Origin: a virus
Taxonomy: Duplodnaviria > Caudoviricetes
DNA length: 61,364 bases
Virus record (IMG/VR): IMGVR_UViG_3300025892_000021
Location: 1 to 61,364 of that record
Direction: 5' to 3' (one strand)
Shown: one piece after another, positions 35,040-44,890 of the stretch
How the letters are laid out: the number at the start of each line of letters is the position of its first letter
How positions within the stretch are numbered: position 1 is the stretch's first letter
Program-made: the position numbers and the translations under genes
Notes under the pieces: model-generated
Database searches by the model: none
The model's input: only the letters and a program-made list of their open reading frames with translations
What the model was told of the DNA's origin: nothing

Positions 35040-36945
35040 CGTGCAAATCAAAACAAAGATTGTCTAAACCTCTGTAATTTAATTTTTGTTGAGTTAATAT
35101 CCCAAGGTTGCAATAATAATCAAAATAAGATTTTTCCATACCAGAACCTAACATTATATGTTCATTTTCCATCTGGGGGCTATATGGTATAACTTTATAT
35201 ACCAAAGGATTAGAAGTGAGCATCTCATGATACTTGGAATCACAAGCAAAAAATAAATCATAATCTGGATGAGTCTTTTTGAAAGATTCTAAAAGAGCTG
35301 TTGACATAAATATGTCTTCTTCTCCCCCTTTTAGAACAAACAATGCTTTTTTATTGCCTTCATTTTTAATGATATCAAAAAAGTCTACAGATTTATTATT
35401 AGCTATTTCTTGATTTTCTTGCATAGCAACCTTTCTAAAATAAGCTAAAACTCCATCTCTACTTCCTCCTTGATCTAAAACTTTCATCCAATGTTTATGT
35501 CCATCATCAGAAGAATCTAATTCAACTTTTAATATATTTTTATATAATTCTATGAGCCAAGACGAGTTATCTTCTGTTTGACTAGGTGTATAATTTGGGT
35601 TTCTTTCTGGCTTCTCAAAAGAGAAATCATAATTCATACTAGGCATTTCGTCTAATATTTTTTCTAGTTTTGACCCTATAGATTCAATTGAATAATTTTC
35701 GACCACATATTCTCTTGATTTTTTTCCCATAGAGATTTTTTTTAGATGATCCATGTTGTAAACATCGTCAAGTTTTTCTGCTATACTGTTTGGGGTTGTA
35801 CTTGCTTTTATAAATTGAGTTCCTGGCTCTCTATATTCAGACCAATCTAATGGAATGCCTCCTGATTCTGGACTACATCCCTCTTTTCCACAAGAATAAT
35901 CAGTAACTAAAGTTATTAGCTCACAAAGTTTTGCTTCTTGAATTGGAATTTCCTGACCTCCCGATGTAAAAGGGTGACAATAAACATCCATTAAATTGTA
36001 AATTTCATTTAACTGATCTTCGCTAACTCCCGCAGTAATAGATATTGTTTTGCAAGATTTTTCCGCCCCGCAATATGGGCAATTTATACCTTGACCTATG
36101 AAGGAGCTTATGTGATAATTTTTACACTTATCACAATAATAAGTGCATAAAATATCTTTAGAGTCTAACCCCTTTTCTTTTATAAATCTAGGGATATCCC
36201 AGCCTTCAGCCCAATTACTATGAAGCAATAATTTAGCTTTTGATTCGGGATTTTTTTCTTTAAATATTTTAAACCCATCAAGAAGATTTGGGACACTTTT
36301 TCTTAGTTGGTTTCTAAACACAAAACCAATTACAAAATCATCTTCAGATATGGCAAATCTATTTCTTAATGAATCCCTGTCTTCATGATTTAATTTAAAA
36401 AATTTTGAAACATCAATACACCCGTGAAGAGTTCTGACATGATCATGCCCTTCTTCTCTTAATGCTTTCTCAGCAAAAGATGACCAGACATAGTAATACT
36501 TGATTGATGATGCGCATTTTATTGCATCAGGTAATATAGGCAAACTATCAAGAGTAGTCCAAACCATGCAATTTATTTTATTCCACCAAGGTTTTTTTGA
36601 GTACCCAGAAAGTCCCCAAATATCTTCAACTCCTAGATATATGTCTGGCTTTTCTTTTTTTATTACATCATCTATAACCATAGAGCCGTAGGAGGCAGAC
36701 CTTCCTAGATTTGGATCTTTGTTAATTCTATCTATAGATTCTTGGTCTCTAGGCAACCCTCCCACACTTTTCCAGGGAAGCTTTTCTAAATCTTTATGAC
36801 CTTGAGAAACTCCATTACTTAATTCCACTATATCATATTTGCCTGTAAGGCATAAATATTTTAGAATATTTTTAGCATGTTTACCAAAACCACTAAGCAA
36901 ACGTGAGTGATTACTATGGTATAATACTTTCTTTTTTTTAGACAT
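35032..36945 (-). CDS. GT4 (GT-B) glycosyltransferase with Zn-ribbon insertion and GT9-like C-terminal domain
   Basis: SGFGKH, FRNQLRK, YNLMDVY.HP..SGGQEIPIQEA; CDKC...CPYC insert. Confidence 0.8.
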   Translation of the reverse strand: MSKKKKVLYHSNHSRLLSGFGKHAKNILKYLCLTGKYDIVELSNGVSQGHKDLEKLPWKSVGGLPRDQESIDRINKDPNLGRSASYGSMVIDDVIKKEKPDIYLGVEDIWGLSGYSKKPWWNKINCMVWTTLDSLPILPDAIKCASSIKYYYVWSSFAEKALREEGHDHVRTLHGCIDVSKFFKLNHEDRDSLRNRFAISEDDFVIGFVFRNQLRKSVPNLLDGFKIFKEKNPESKAKLLLHSNWAEGWDIPRFIKEKGLDSKDILCTYYCDKCKNYHISSFIGQGINCPYCGAEKSCKTISITAGVSEDQLNEIYNLMDVYCHPFTSGGQEIPIQEAKLCELITLVTDYSCGKEGCSPESGGIPLDWSEYREPGTQFIKASTTPNSIAEKLDDVYNMDHLKKISMGKKSREYVVENYSIESIGSKLEKILDEMPSMNYDFSFEKPERNPNYTPSQTEDNSSWLIELYKNILKVELDSSDDGHKHWMKVLDQGGSRDGVLAYFRKVAMQENQEIANNKSVDFFDIIKNEGNKKALFVLKGGEEDIFMSTALLESFKKTHPDYDLFFACDSKYHEMLTSNPLVYKVIPYSPQMENEHIMLGSGMEKSYFDYYCNLGILTQQKLNYRGLDNLCFDLHDE

Positions 36946-36961
36946 TTAGGATTTATTACCT

Positions 36962-37582
36962 TTAAAAAGGAGGGTCTTGATCGTCATCTTCATCAACTTC
37001 CTCAGGTTCGGAAGGCATTGGTTTTGAGGAGCTATCTGACTTTTGATAGTTGTTTTTTCTGTTCTCTTCGTTTTGTTTTATTTTTGCATCGATAAATTTC
37101 AATACATACATTTCTAGAAGTTTTAAAATGATTTCAACTTCTCCTGGATCAAGACCTATTTTAAAAGTATTACCCTTACCTTTAGATATAGACAATCCAA
37201 AAGCTGGAACTTTTTCTTTTTCATCTTTATAACTCTTGCTTGATGGATCATATTTTGATACTTTTACATCTTTATCCCAAGGAGAAAACTTTATTGAAGT
37301 GTTATTTCCATCAAAAGAATGAAATGTAGAATACTCATGTCTGTTTTTAAATGCGCTCATAATCTCCCCACATTCAAGCTCGTTAATCTTGACATTAACT
37401 GTCTTTTCTGGATTTTTTGAATTGCCAGAAAAAGATCCAATCTTTTTCTCATCGTTCCATGAGTGCTGAGCAATAGCACTTATGTAGAAAGCTGGGAGAG
37501 GGTTGTTTTTGTTCACCCCGATTGAAAAAGTAAAGGCTGATCCTGTATTCTTACTGTTTGGTTTGTATAGTTGTATTGACAT
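36962..37582 (-). CDS. putative ssDNA-binding protein (Whirly/PC4-like) with acidic PF tail
   Basis: beta-rich core, C-terminus EEVDEDDDQDPPF like SSB tips. Confidence 0.6.
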   Translation of the reverse strand: MSIQLYKPNSKNTGSAFTFSIGVNKNNPLPAFYISAIAQHSWNDEKKIGSFSGNSKNPEKTVNVKINELECGEIMSAFKNRHEYSTFHSFDGNNTSIKFSPWDKDVKVSKYDPSSKSYKDEKEKVPAFGLSISKGKGNTFKIGLDPGEVEIILKLLEMYVLKFIDAKIKQNEENRKNNYQKSDSSSKPMPSEPEEVDEDDDQDPPF

Positions 37583-37588
37583 AATTTT

Positions 37589-38095
37589 TTATTGTTCTAG
37601 TATTTTTATAATTGATTTTTGATATTTATTAATAATTGCTTTTTTAGCACAAGCTGTACAAGACGCTCCCCCAGCTTTCTCAATGGCTTTTTGGTATTCA
37701 CCATAGAGTTTTTTATAGCCCTTAAAGGAGCATTTTTCTCCAGAAAAGAAATTGTTTATTTCAATTTTTGTTTCAGGAGGTTGAAGATGGGGAGCTATAT
37801 CTAAATCTTGAGAATCTGAAAAATCTTGAGCCTGTTCAATTGTATCAAATATATATTGACGTGGTAGATTACTCTCACTGGGTAGAATAGAAATCTCTTT
37901 GATTTCATTTTTGTCATTATAGCTAATTCCAATTTTTTGATTGGGCATGAATTTATAGCCCCTAGAAGAAGCAAGCTCGCAAACCTCTTGAAAAGAAAAT
38001 GCTTCATCGAAATATTCCCTATCAATTTCAGACTCATCTAGCTCTTCAAACTTGATTATTTTATTCCCAACATGAGTTAATTCAAATTTATTCAT
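37589..38095 (-). CDS. hypothetical protein with CxxC
   Basis: GGASCTAC. Confidence 0.65.
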   Translation of the reverse strand: MNKFELTHVGNKIIKFEELDESEIDREYFDEAFSFQEVCELASSRGYKFMPNQKIGISYNDKNEIKEISILPSESNLPRQYIFDTIEQAQDFSDSQDLDIAPHLQPPETKIEINNFFSGEKCSFKGYKKLYGEYQKAIEKAGGASCTACAKKAIINKYQKSIIKILEQ

Positions 38096-40499
38096 AATTT
38101 AGATCAGAAATGTTAATATTAACTTTACCAGATTTATGATTTATAATAAATTCTGAAACTTTATTTTCTATATTTTTTTGAATTATTTTCTTGATTGGTC
38201 TAGCTCCCATTTTCATATTAAAAACATAATCTTTTAATGAATATAAGGCTTTTTTTGAAACATTCAAGTCTAAACCTTTATCTTTTAATAAATTATTTTT
38301 TAATAAATTAATTTCTTTATCTAAAAGGGCTCCTACGTTAGCTTTAGAGAAATCGTTAAAGACAATAACATCATCAATTCTATTGATGAATTCTGGGCTC
38401 AATTCTGACTTTGCCCTATCTAAGATTTTATCTTTTTTCGTAGAAGAATTTGAACCAGCAAAGCCTATTCCTCCAGATTTTTCTATCAAGTCAGAACCTA
38501 TATTACTCGTCATTATAACAATGCAATTAGAGAAATCAGAAACCCTTCCGTAATTATCAGTAAGTCTGCCCTCATCTAAAAGTTGTAGGAATATATTTAC
38601 TACATCTGGGTGAGCTTTCTCTATTTCATCAAATAAAACTACTGAATAAGGTTTGTTTTTGACTTTATCCGTCAGCTGACCTCCGTCCTCATAGCCAATA
38701 TATCCAGGAGATGAACCTATTAACCTTGATATGTTTATTTTTTCTGAATATTCAGACATATCAATATGTATTAAGTTATCTTTACTGCCAAAAAAATTAC
38801 TTGCTAAGGATTTTGCTAAAAAAGTTTTTCCGACTCCTGTTTTTCCCAAAAGAAGGAATGAACCTATAGGCTTGTTTTCTTCAGACAAACCACTTTTTGA
38901 TCTAATTATTGAGTTGTAAACAGATTCAACGGCATGATCTTGAAATAAAACTTCATTTGATAATTTATTTTTTAAATTTAATAAAATTTCAGTGTCTTTT
39001 TTGCTGAGATTTTTTACTGGAACTCCAGTTCTAGAGGAGATAACTTCAAAAATGTCTTCTTGAGTAACATAAAACTTTTTCTTTTTATAACTCTCAGCCC
39101 ATCCGTTAAGAACTTTCTTGTATTTTCCTAGAAGAACATCTTGTTTGTTTTTATATTTACCTTTATTAGACTCAGACTTATCCTCTTTAACCATCAAATT
39201 CTCTATTTGCTTTTCTATTTTTTGAGCTTCAAGTGGCTTGTTAAAACTTTTCATTTTAACCCTTGCCCCTGCCTGATCTATTATATCTATAGCTTTATCA
39301 GGTAACTGTCTATCAGTTATATATCTAATAGAAAGATCTACAGCCAATTTTAAAGCATTTTTTCTATAAACAACATGATGAAACTTTTCATATTGACTTA
39401 TTATACCCTCTATTATTTTTAGAGTTTCAGATGAAGATGGTTGATTAACTTTTATTTCTTGGAATCTACGCTCAAGAGCAGCATCTTTTAATATATTTTT
39501 ATTGTATTCCTTTGGTGTTGTAGCTCCTATACATCTAATAGCTCCTCTTGCCAATGCTGGTTTTAAAATATTTGCAGCATCCATGCTTCCTTCTGTAGCT
39601 CCAGCACCAACAATTGTATGTATTTCATCTATAAATAAAATTATATTAGGAGACTTAGAAGCTTCATCTATAAGATTCTTCATTCTTTCTTCGAATTGAC
39701 CTCTGTATTTTGTGCCAGCTATCATTGCCGCCATATCAACTTCATATATAGTTTTATTAGCTAAAAAGTCAGTGCATGTATTGTTTACTATTTTCTGGGC
39801 GAGACCTTCAACTAATGAAGTTTTTCCTGTTCCAGGTAATCCAATTAATATTGGATTATTTTTATTTCTCCTGCATAATATTTCAGACATTTTTTCTATG
39901 TCTGCATCCTTGCAGAAAACTTTATCAAACTTACCTTCGGATGCCAACTCATTATAGTTTTTTGCAAAAGAATGAAGAATGCTTGGTTCTGATGAATCTT
40001 TATTTGAGATAGTTTTTTCAAATGTTTTTTGTATTCTTGCATTTTCCCACTCTCCTGTTATAAAAAAATTTTTAAGCTTCTCTTTAGATTTTTCTATATC
40101 AACGTGAAAATTTTTAAGAAGTTGACCAAAGGGAGAATTCTCGTAAACAAGCATAACATAAAAGATATGCTCTATACCAACATAATCATGATCTAATTCT
40201 TCAGCTAATTCGATAGACATCTTGAAAACTTTAGTGAAATCTTTTGAATACTCTTTTAACTCTATAGAGTCCATGGGGTTGTAAAAATCTCCATCAATTG
40301 AATTAAAAACTAAAGATTTGAATTCATCAAGAGATATTCCAATTGAATCAAAGAAATTTATAATAGTAGATTGATCAGAGTCGAGCACTGAAAAAAGAAG
40401 GTGATTTAAATCTATAAAATCAGAATTTAAAGCATGGGCCGTCTTTTTCGAATCAGAGATTATTTTCTGAACTCGCGGTGTGAAATTTGATTTTTTCAT
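38088..40499 (-). CDS. clpC: ClpC/ClpA-type Hsp100 AAA+ unfoldase
   Basis: Clp-N repeats, KNNPILIG.PGTGKT, AGTKYRGQFEER, LFIDEIH, LPDKAID, GKTGVGKT, LFDEIEKAH, GGIGF ClpP-docking loop. Confidence 0.9.
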   Translation of the reverse strand: MKKSNFTPRVQKIISDSKKTAHALNSDFIDLNHLLFSVLDSDQSTIINFFDSIGISLDEFKSLVFNSIDGDFYNPMDSIELKEYSKDFTKVFKMSIELAEELDHDYVGIEHIFYVMLVYENSPFGQLLKNFHVDIEKSKEKLKNFFITGEWENARIQKTFEKTISNKDSSEPSILHSFAKNYNELASEGKFDKVFCKDADIEKMSEILCRRNKNNPILIGLPGTGKTSLVEGLAQKIVNNTCTDFLANKTIYEVDMAAMIAGTKYRGQFEERMKNLIDEASKSPNIILFIDEIHTIVGAGATEGSMDAANILKPALARGAIRCIGATTPKEYNKNILKDAALERRFQEIKVNQPSSSETLKIIEGIISQYEKFHHVVYRKNALKLAVDLSIRYITDRQLPDKAIDIIDQAGARVKMKSFNKPLEAQKIEKQIENLMVKEDKSESNKGKYKNKQDVLLGKYKKVLNGWAESYKKKKFYVTQEDIFEVISSRTGVPVKNLSKKDTEILLNLKNKLSNEVLFQDHAVESVYNSIIRSKSGLSEENKPIGSFLLLGKTGVGKTFLAKSLASNFFGSKDNLIHIDMSEYSEKINISRLIGSSPGYIGYEDGGQLTDKVKNKPYSVVLFDEIEKAHPDVVNIFLQLLDEGRLTDNYGRVSDFSNCIVIMTSNIGSDLIEKSGGIGFAGSNSSTKKDKILDRAKSELSPEFINRIDDVIVFNDFSKANVGALLDKEINLLKNNLLKDKGLDLNVSKKALYSLKDYVFNMKMGARPIKKIIQKNIENKVSEFIINHKSGKVNINISDLNYE

Positions 40500-40500
40500 T

Positions 40501-43053
40501 CTATCTTAAATCAGATAATTTCATATAAATTTTCTCATCTACTATACTGGCTTCGTTCAAAAAAAGAACATCGTCACCTTTTGATCCTAGCAATAAAACT
40601 ATATTGTCTTTTTCTGGAATCTTAGATTTACTTTTAAATTTAGAAAGTTTTTTGTCTCTTCCGTCAACCATAATTGCATTGTACCTGCCGAATTCATCAC
40701 TTACGGAAAGTCTCATATAATCATTTCCATTTTTGCTTTTTCTACATATGACATCATCTACAACTGCAATATATTTAGAAATTTTATTTTTTTCACAAGA
40801 GTAAAAATAAGAAGAATCATTTAACCTCTCTGCCTGATCTCCGAATGAATCTCTCAGTGAATTACTATAGCTAAAACCTAATAAGGATTTTTCAAAATAC
40901 CAATTAGCGAAATCTTCATATTTTCTATTTTTATCATAAATTAATTTATAATTTTTATAATTTTTCTTCAAAGTTTCAAATCTTTTTTCTGGCATTATTG
41001 GTCTTTTGTCATCGCCTATTAAATTATTTGATACTGCATCATGAACGGAATTTAATATATCATAATTATATTTTTCTCCAAGAGAAATAAAATTTCTCTT
41101 TTCCCTTTCTGTTAGAAGGTTAAAAACTTGAGCTTCTAAAACTAACCTTGGCCTGTTTGTCTTGTAGCTAGATAATGACCCAGCTTGAATTAATGCAGAA
41201 AGAATTCCTATATTTAGACCAGCAGATTTAGCCGCCAAAAATATATCATACTTGTTAGGTTTTTCTGAATCTCTAAAATCTTTTAATGCAGATAAAGATT
41301 TTTCGCTAATACCTTTTACACTATTTAGTCCAAACCTTATGTCTTTACCTTCTATTGTAAAATCCATTTCGGAAAGGGATAAATCTGGAGACAATAATTT
41401 TATATTAAAATACGATAACTCTTGGCATATTTTATTTATTTCTTGTTGGGGAGAAGGTTCATATTTAGTCATTTTCAACAAGCTAAGAAAAAACTCTTGA
41501 GGATGGTTAAATTTTAAATAACAAGTCCAAGCTGATAATATTGAGTAAGATATTGAGTGGCTTTTATTGAAAGAATAATTAGCGCTATCTTCAGCAACTT
41601 TCCATAAAACATTGCCAACTTCTTCGTCTAGCTTATTTTTTAATATCATTTTTGATATTTTTTCTCTCCATTTAGGCATTTCTTCTACTTTCTTTTTGCC
41701 CACTATCCTTCTTAGTTGCTCAGACTCATCTAAAGTAAAGCCAACTTTAACAGCCATCTTCATTAGCTGCTCTTGATAAAGAGGAATTCCACCAGTATAA
41801 CTTAATACATCATCAAAAAAAGAATTAACACTTTGAAAGTCTCCAGTTTCAGAATACCTTTGATAATAATCCATGAAATCCATAGCTCCTGGCCTTGCTA
41901 TCGCAATAACAGCACTTAACTCCTCAAGGTTTTTAGGTTTTATTTTTTTACAGACCATATAATTTGCATCCGCTTCAATTTGAAATAATCCATGAGGAGT
42001 TCTAAGCTCTTTAAAGTGATGGTATATTCTATTACAAGAAAGATCAATATCTTCTGGATTTAAATTAATTTGATTACATGTGTCATGAATAGCGGATAAG
42101 GTTCTCAGTCCTAATATGTCAAATTTGACCATTAACTCGGCTACCCAGTTCATGTCATAGCCTGTTACTATTGAACCATCATTTGTTTTTTGTATCGGGC
42201 ATATTTCGGTTATTTCACTAAAAGATATTGCTATGCCTGAAGGGTGGACTCCAGTATTCTTTTTAAGTCCTTCTATTTTTCTTGAAATTTCATATATTAG
42301 TTTATTTTTATCACAAAAATCCTTAAACTCTACTGATGAAGAATAAGCTTCTTTTAATTTACAGACAATGCCGAAATTTTTTGGAATAAAATCACTTATA
42401 TTATTTACATCTTGCTCAGAAAGCTTTCCTACTATTTTCCCGCATTCTTTTGTACATAATTTACTGCTAAGAGTATTTAGAGTCAATATTTTAGAAGTTC
42501 TATTGGGGTGCTTCGACTCAATATAGTCAATAACTTTTTGCCTATGTTCGTAAGCTATATCGTTATCAACATCAGCCAACAAACTTCCATCTAAATATTT
42601 TATATTATTTTTTTCTATTATTTTTGCTCTGCTTTTTGATACGAATCTTTCAAAAAACAAATCATATTTTATTGGGTCAACTTTAGTGACTCCAATTAAA
42701 AAAAGAACTAAAGATCCCGCTGCAGACCCTCTTCCTGGGCCAGTAGGTATATTAGTTTCCTTGCAATAATTAATAACATCCCAATTTAAAAGTATGTAAT
42801 CAATAAACCCTAAATTAGATAAGACAGAAAGCTCTTCTTTTAATCTTTTCTTATAAACGGTTGATTTTTTAGAATTAGATAAATCTTTTTTGATAAATTC
42901 TGACTCACAAAGAGAAGTTAAGAACTCAAGATTAGAAGATTGTTTTGGGATGTTTAATTTTTTATAATATTTATCTTCAATTTCTAAACTAGGAAGTCTA
43001 ACTCCTGGAGGATGACAATCTTTATAACTGGAAAACTGTTCTGTAAAATTCAT
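40501..43053 (-). CDS. dnaE: DNA polymerase III alpha (DnaE) core lacking PHP domain
   Basis: GPGRGSAAGSLV, FFERF, ADVDND, GVHPSG, KFDILGL, LYQEQLM, YSFNKSHS. Confidence 0.92.
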   Translation of the reverse strand: MNFTEQFSSYKDCHPPGVRLPSLEIEDKYYKKLNIPKQSSNLEFLTSLCESEFIKKDLSNSKKSTVYKKRLKEELSVLSNLGFIDYILLNWDVINYCKETNIPTGPGRGSAAGSLVLFLIGVTKVDPIKYDLFFERFVSKSRAKIIEKNNIKYLDGSLLADVDNDIAYEHRQKVIDYIESKHPNRTSKILTLNTLSSKLCTKECGKIVGKLSEQDVNNISDFIPKNFGIVCKLKEAYSSSVEFKDFCDKNKLIYEISRKIEGLKKNTGVHPSGIAISFSEITEICPIQKTNDGSIVTGYDMNWVAELMVKFDILGLRTLSAIHDTCNQINLNPEDIDLSCNRIYHHFKELRTPHGLFQIEADANYMVCKKIKPKNLEELSAVIAIARPGAMDFMDYYQRYSETGDFQSVNSFFDDVLSYTGGIPLYQEQLMKMAVKVGFTLDESEQLRRIVGKKKVEEMPKWREKISKMILKNKLDEEVGNVLWKVAEDSANYSFNKSHSISYSILSAWTCYLKFNHPQEFFLSLLKMTKYEPSPQQEINKICQELSYFNIKLLSPDLSLSEMDFTIEGKDIRFGLNSVKGISEKSLSALKDFRDSEKPNKYDIFLAAKSAGLNIGILSALIQAGSLSSYKTNRPRLVLEAQVFNLLTEREKRNFISLGEKYNYDILNSVHDAVSNNLIGDDKRPIMPEKRFETLKKNYKNYKLIYDKNRKYEDFANWYFEKSLLGFSYSNSLRDSFGDQAERLNDSSYFYSCEKNKISKYIAVVDDVICRKSKNGNDYMRLSVSDEFGRYNAIMVDGRDKKLSKFKSKSKIPEKDNIVLLLGSKGDDVLFLNEASIVDEKIYMKLSDLR

Positions 43054-43054
43054 A

Positions 43055-43696
43055 TTATATTTCTATTTGCCATATCATTTTATGATAAACTTCAAAAGTT
43101 TTTTCAACATCATAAAGAGCATCATGTAAAAAGTTTTCATCAAATTCTATACTATAATCTTTGCATAATTGTTTTAAGTTTGTTTTTACACCCCTAACTC
43201 TATGATGTAATAATTTATATTGCCATTCTATTAATTTAGAATCTTTTGAAAAGCTTATATCATTTTTCAAACCTCTAGCTATGCAATTTGTATCAATAAC
43301 TCTATTTATATAAGAATAATTAGAAGGCTTTTTTAGAAGTTTTCTATGCAAATTATGTATATAAACATCAAAACCTAAAACATTGTGACCAATAATAATG
43401 TATTCATCATTAAACAAATATTTTTCAAACTCTTCAAGAACATTATTTGCATCTTTTTTTAATCTATTATATTTAGATTTTGAAAACCCAGTTATTCTTG
43501 CTGCATCTGCGGACACTTTTAAATCATCCCAAGATATATAAAAATCTTTTTTATCTATGATTTTTTTTCCTTGGCATACCAAAAAACCCAATTGCCAAGG
43601 TTTGTTTGCAGTAAGACCTAGATTTAGGTTGCATGTTTCATAGTCAAAAATCAAATATTTTTGATTGTTTTTAAATCTTAAAAGATCTTCAGTCAT
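43055..43696 (-). CDS. DEDDh 3'-5' exonuclease (DnaQ-like)
   Basis: FDYET, GHN..GFD, HDALYD. Confidence 0.85.
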   Translation of the reverse strand: MTEDLLRFKNNQKYLIFDYETCNLNLGLTANKPWQLGFLVCQGKKIIDKKDFYISWDDLKVSADAARITGFSKSKYNRLKKDANNVLEEFEKYLFNDEYIIIGHNVLGFDVYIHNLHRKLLKKPSNYSYINRVIDTNCIARGLKNDISFSKDSKLIEWQYKLLHHRVRGVKTNLKQLCKDYSIEFDENFLHDALYDVEKTFEVYHKMIWQIEI

Positions 43697-43859
43697 TTTT
43701 GTTAAAAGCTTTTTTTAAATCTTCAATTAAATTAACCTTAGAGCCTTTGGGTAATTTTTGATACTCTTTTTTTAATCTCCTTAGCATTCTTTTATGCTCT
43801 GGCACTGAAGGATCATAGTTTATGATTTTTTTAAGTTCAGATGTTTTTTTCTTATTCAT
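43689..43859 (-). CDS. small basic protein (56 aa, not in track)
   Basis: MNKKKTSELKKIINYDPSVPEHKRMLRRLKKEYQKLP...; overlaps both neighbours. Confidence 0.6.
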   Translation of the reverse strand: MNKKKTSELKKIINYDPSVPEHKRMLRRLKKEYQKLPKGSKVNLIEDLKKAFNKND

Positions 43860-44890
43860 AATTGAATATAACGAACATCCTTAAAAGAATCAAGAGACTC
43901 TCCGCCAGAGTAACTAATAGAGCTTTGAAGATCTTGAGTGATTTCATTTAACTTTTCCCCATAAGTCATTCCATTATTTGGTATCTTGTTAAGCGTCCCT
44001 TCAATATTATTGTTGTGACCTTTATTTTCCGCACTAGCAGAACCGAAATAAGCCTTGTGATTTGCACCATTAATGTTGATTGTTGAAGCGGGGCTATCTG
44101 TGCAAGAAGCAAATAAACTACCAGCCATTACCATACTAGCTCCAGCTACTAATGCTTTTGCTATATCGCCATTGTTTTTTATTCCTCCATCTGCTATAAT
44201 TGGTATTTTTTTAGGTATGTCAAAATCTTTAGAAAATATTTTTGCTTTAAGAGTTATTTTTTCTAGAGAGGCATCTGATATCATAAATCCATCTTCTAAA
44301 TTAAAAGAAACATTAGCACATTTTTTTACACAAGTAAACATAGGCATTGTGAAGCCTGTTTTATCTTTTGTGGTGCAGGGACTTCCTTGACCTATTCCGA
44401 CTTTAATAATGTCAGCACCCCAAGCAGAAAGATCAGCCACCGCATCTGGGGTAGCAACATTACCTGCAATAATTTTTGCATCAGGAAGGTGCTTTTTGAT
44501 CCACTCGATCATTATCTTCATTCGTTTACAATGACCGTGAGCAATATCAATGGTTAAATAATCAATTCGATGACCCCTCTTGCTGATCTTTTGAATTGCC
44601 ATCTTGTCTGGAGCTTTAACTCCAACGCTAAATGAAATGTTATCCCAATCTTGGCTATTAGCGACATCTTCGGCCAGATCACGATCAAAACGATGCATAA
44701 TATAGAAGAAGCCGTGGGAACTCATCCACTCGCATGTACTGATATCTATGACAGACTTCATATTAGCAGGGATAATCGGTAATAAAAACTTTTTACCAAA
44801 AAGATTCACAGAAGGATTACAGTCAACTCTACTGTGAACCTCACTGTAATTAGGAATTAAACAAATATCTGAATATTTAAGAGCTTTCAT
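43856..44890 (-). CDS. guaC: GMP reductase
   Basis: IIPANM, FYIMHRF, IDIAHGH, IAGNV, KVGIGQGSPCTT, IIADGGI, YFGSAS, LQSSISYSGG. Confidence 0.9.
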   Translation of the reverse strand: MKALKYSDICLIPNYSEVHSRVDCNPSVNLFGKKFLLPIIPANMKSVIDISTCEWMSSHGFFYIMHRFDRDLAEDVANSQDWDNISFSVGVKAPDKMAIQKISKRGHRIDYLTIDIAHGHCKRMKIMIEWIKKHLPDAKIIAGNVATPDAVADLSAWGADIIKVGIGQGSPCTTKDKTGFTMPMFTCVKKCANVSFNLEDGFMISDASLEKITLKAKIFSKDFDIPKKIPIIADGGIKNNGDIAKALVAGASMVMAGSLFASCTDSPASTININGANHKAYFGSASAENKGHNNNIEGTLNKIPNNGMTYGEKLNEITQDLQSSISYSGGESLDSFKDVRYIQL

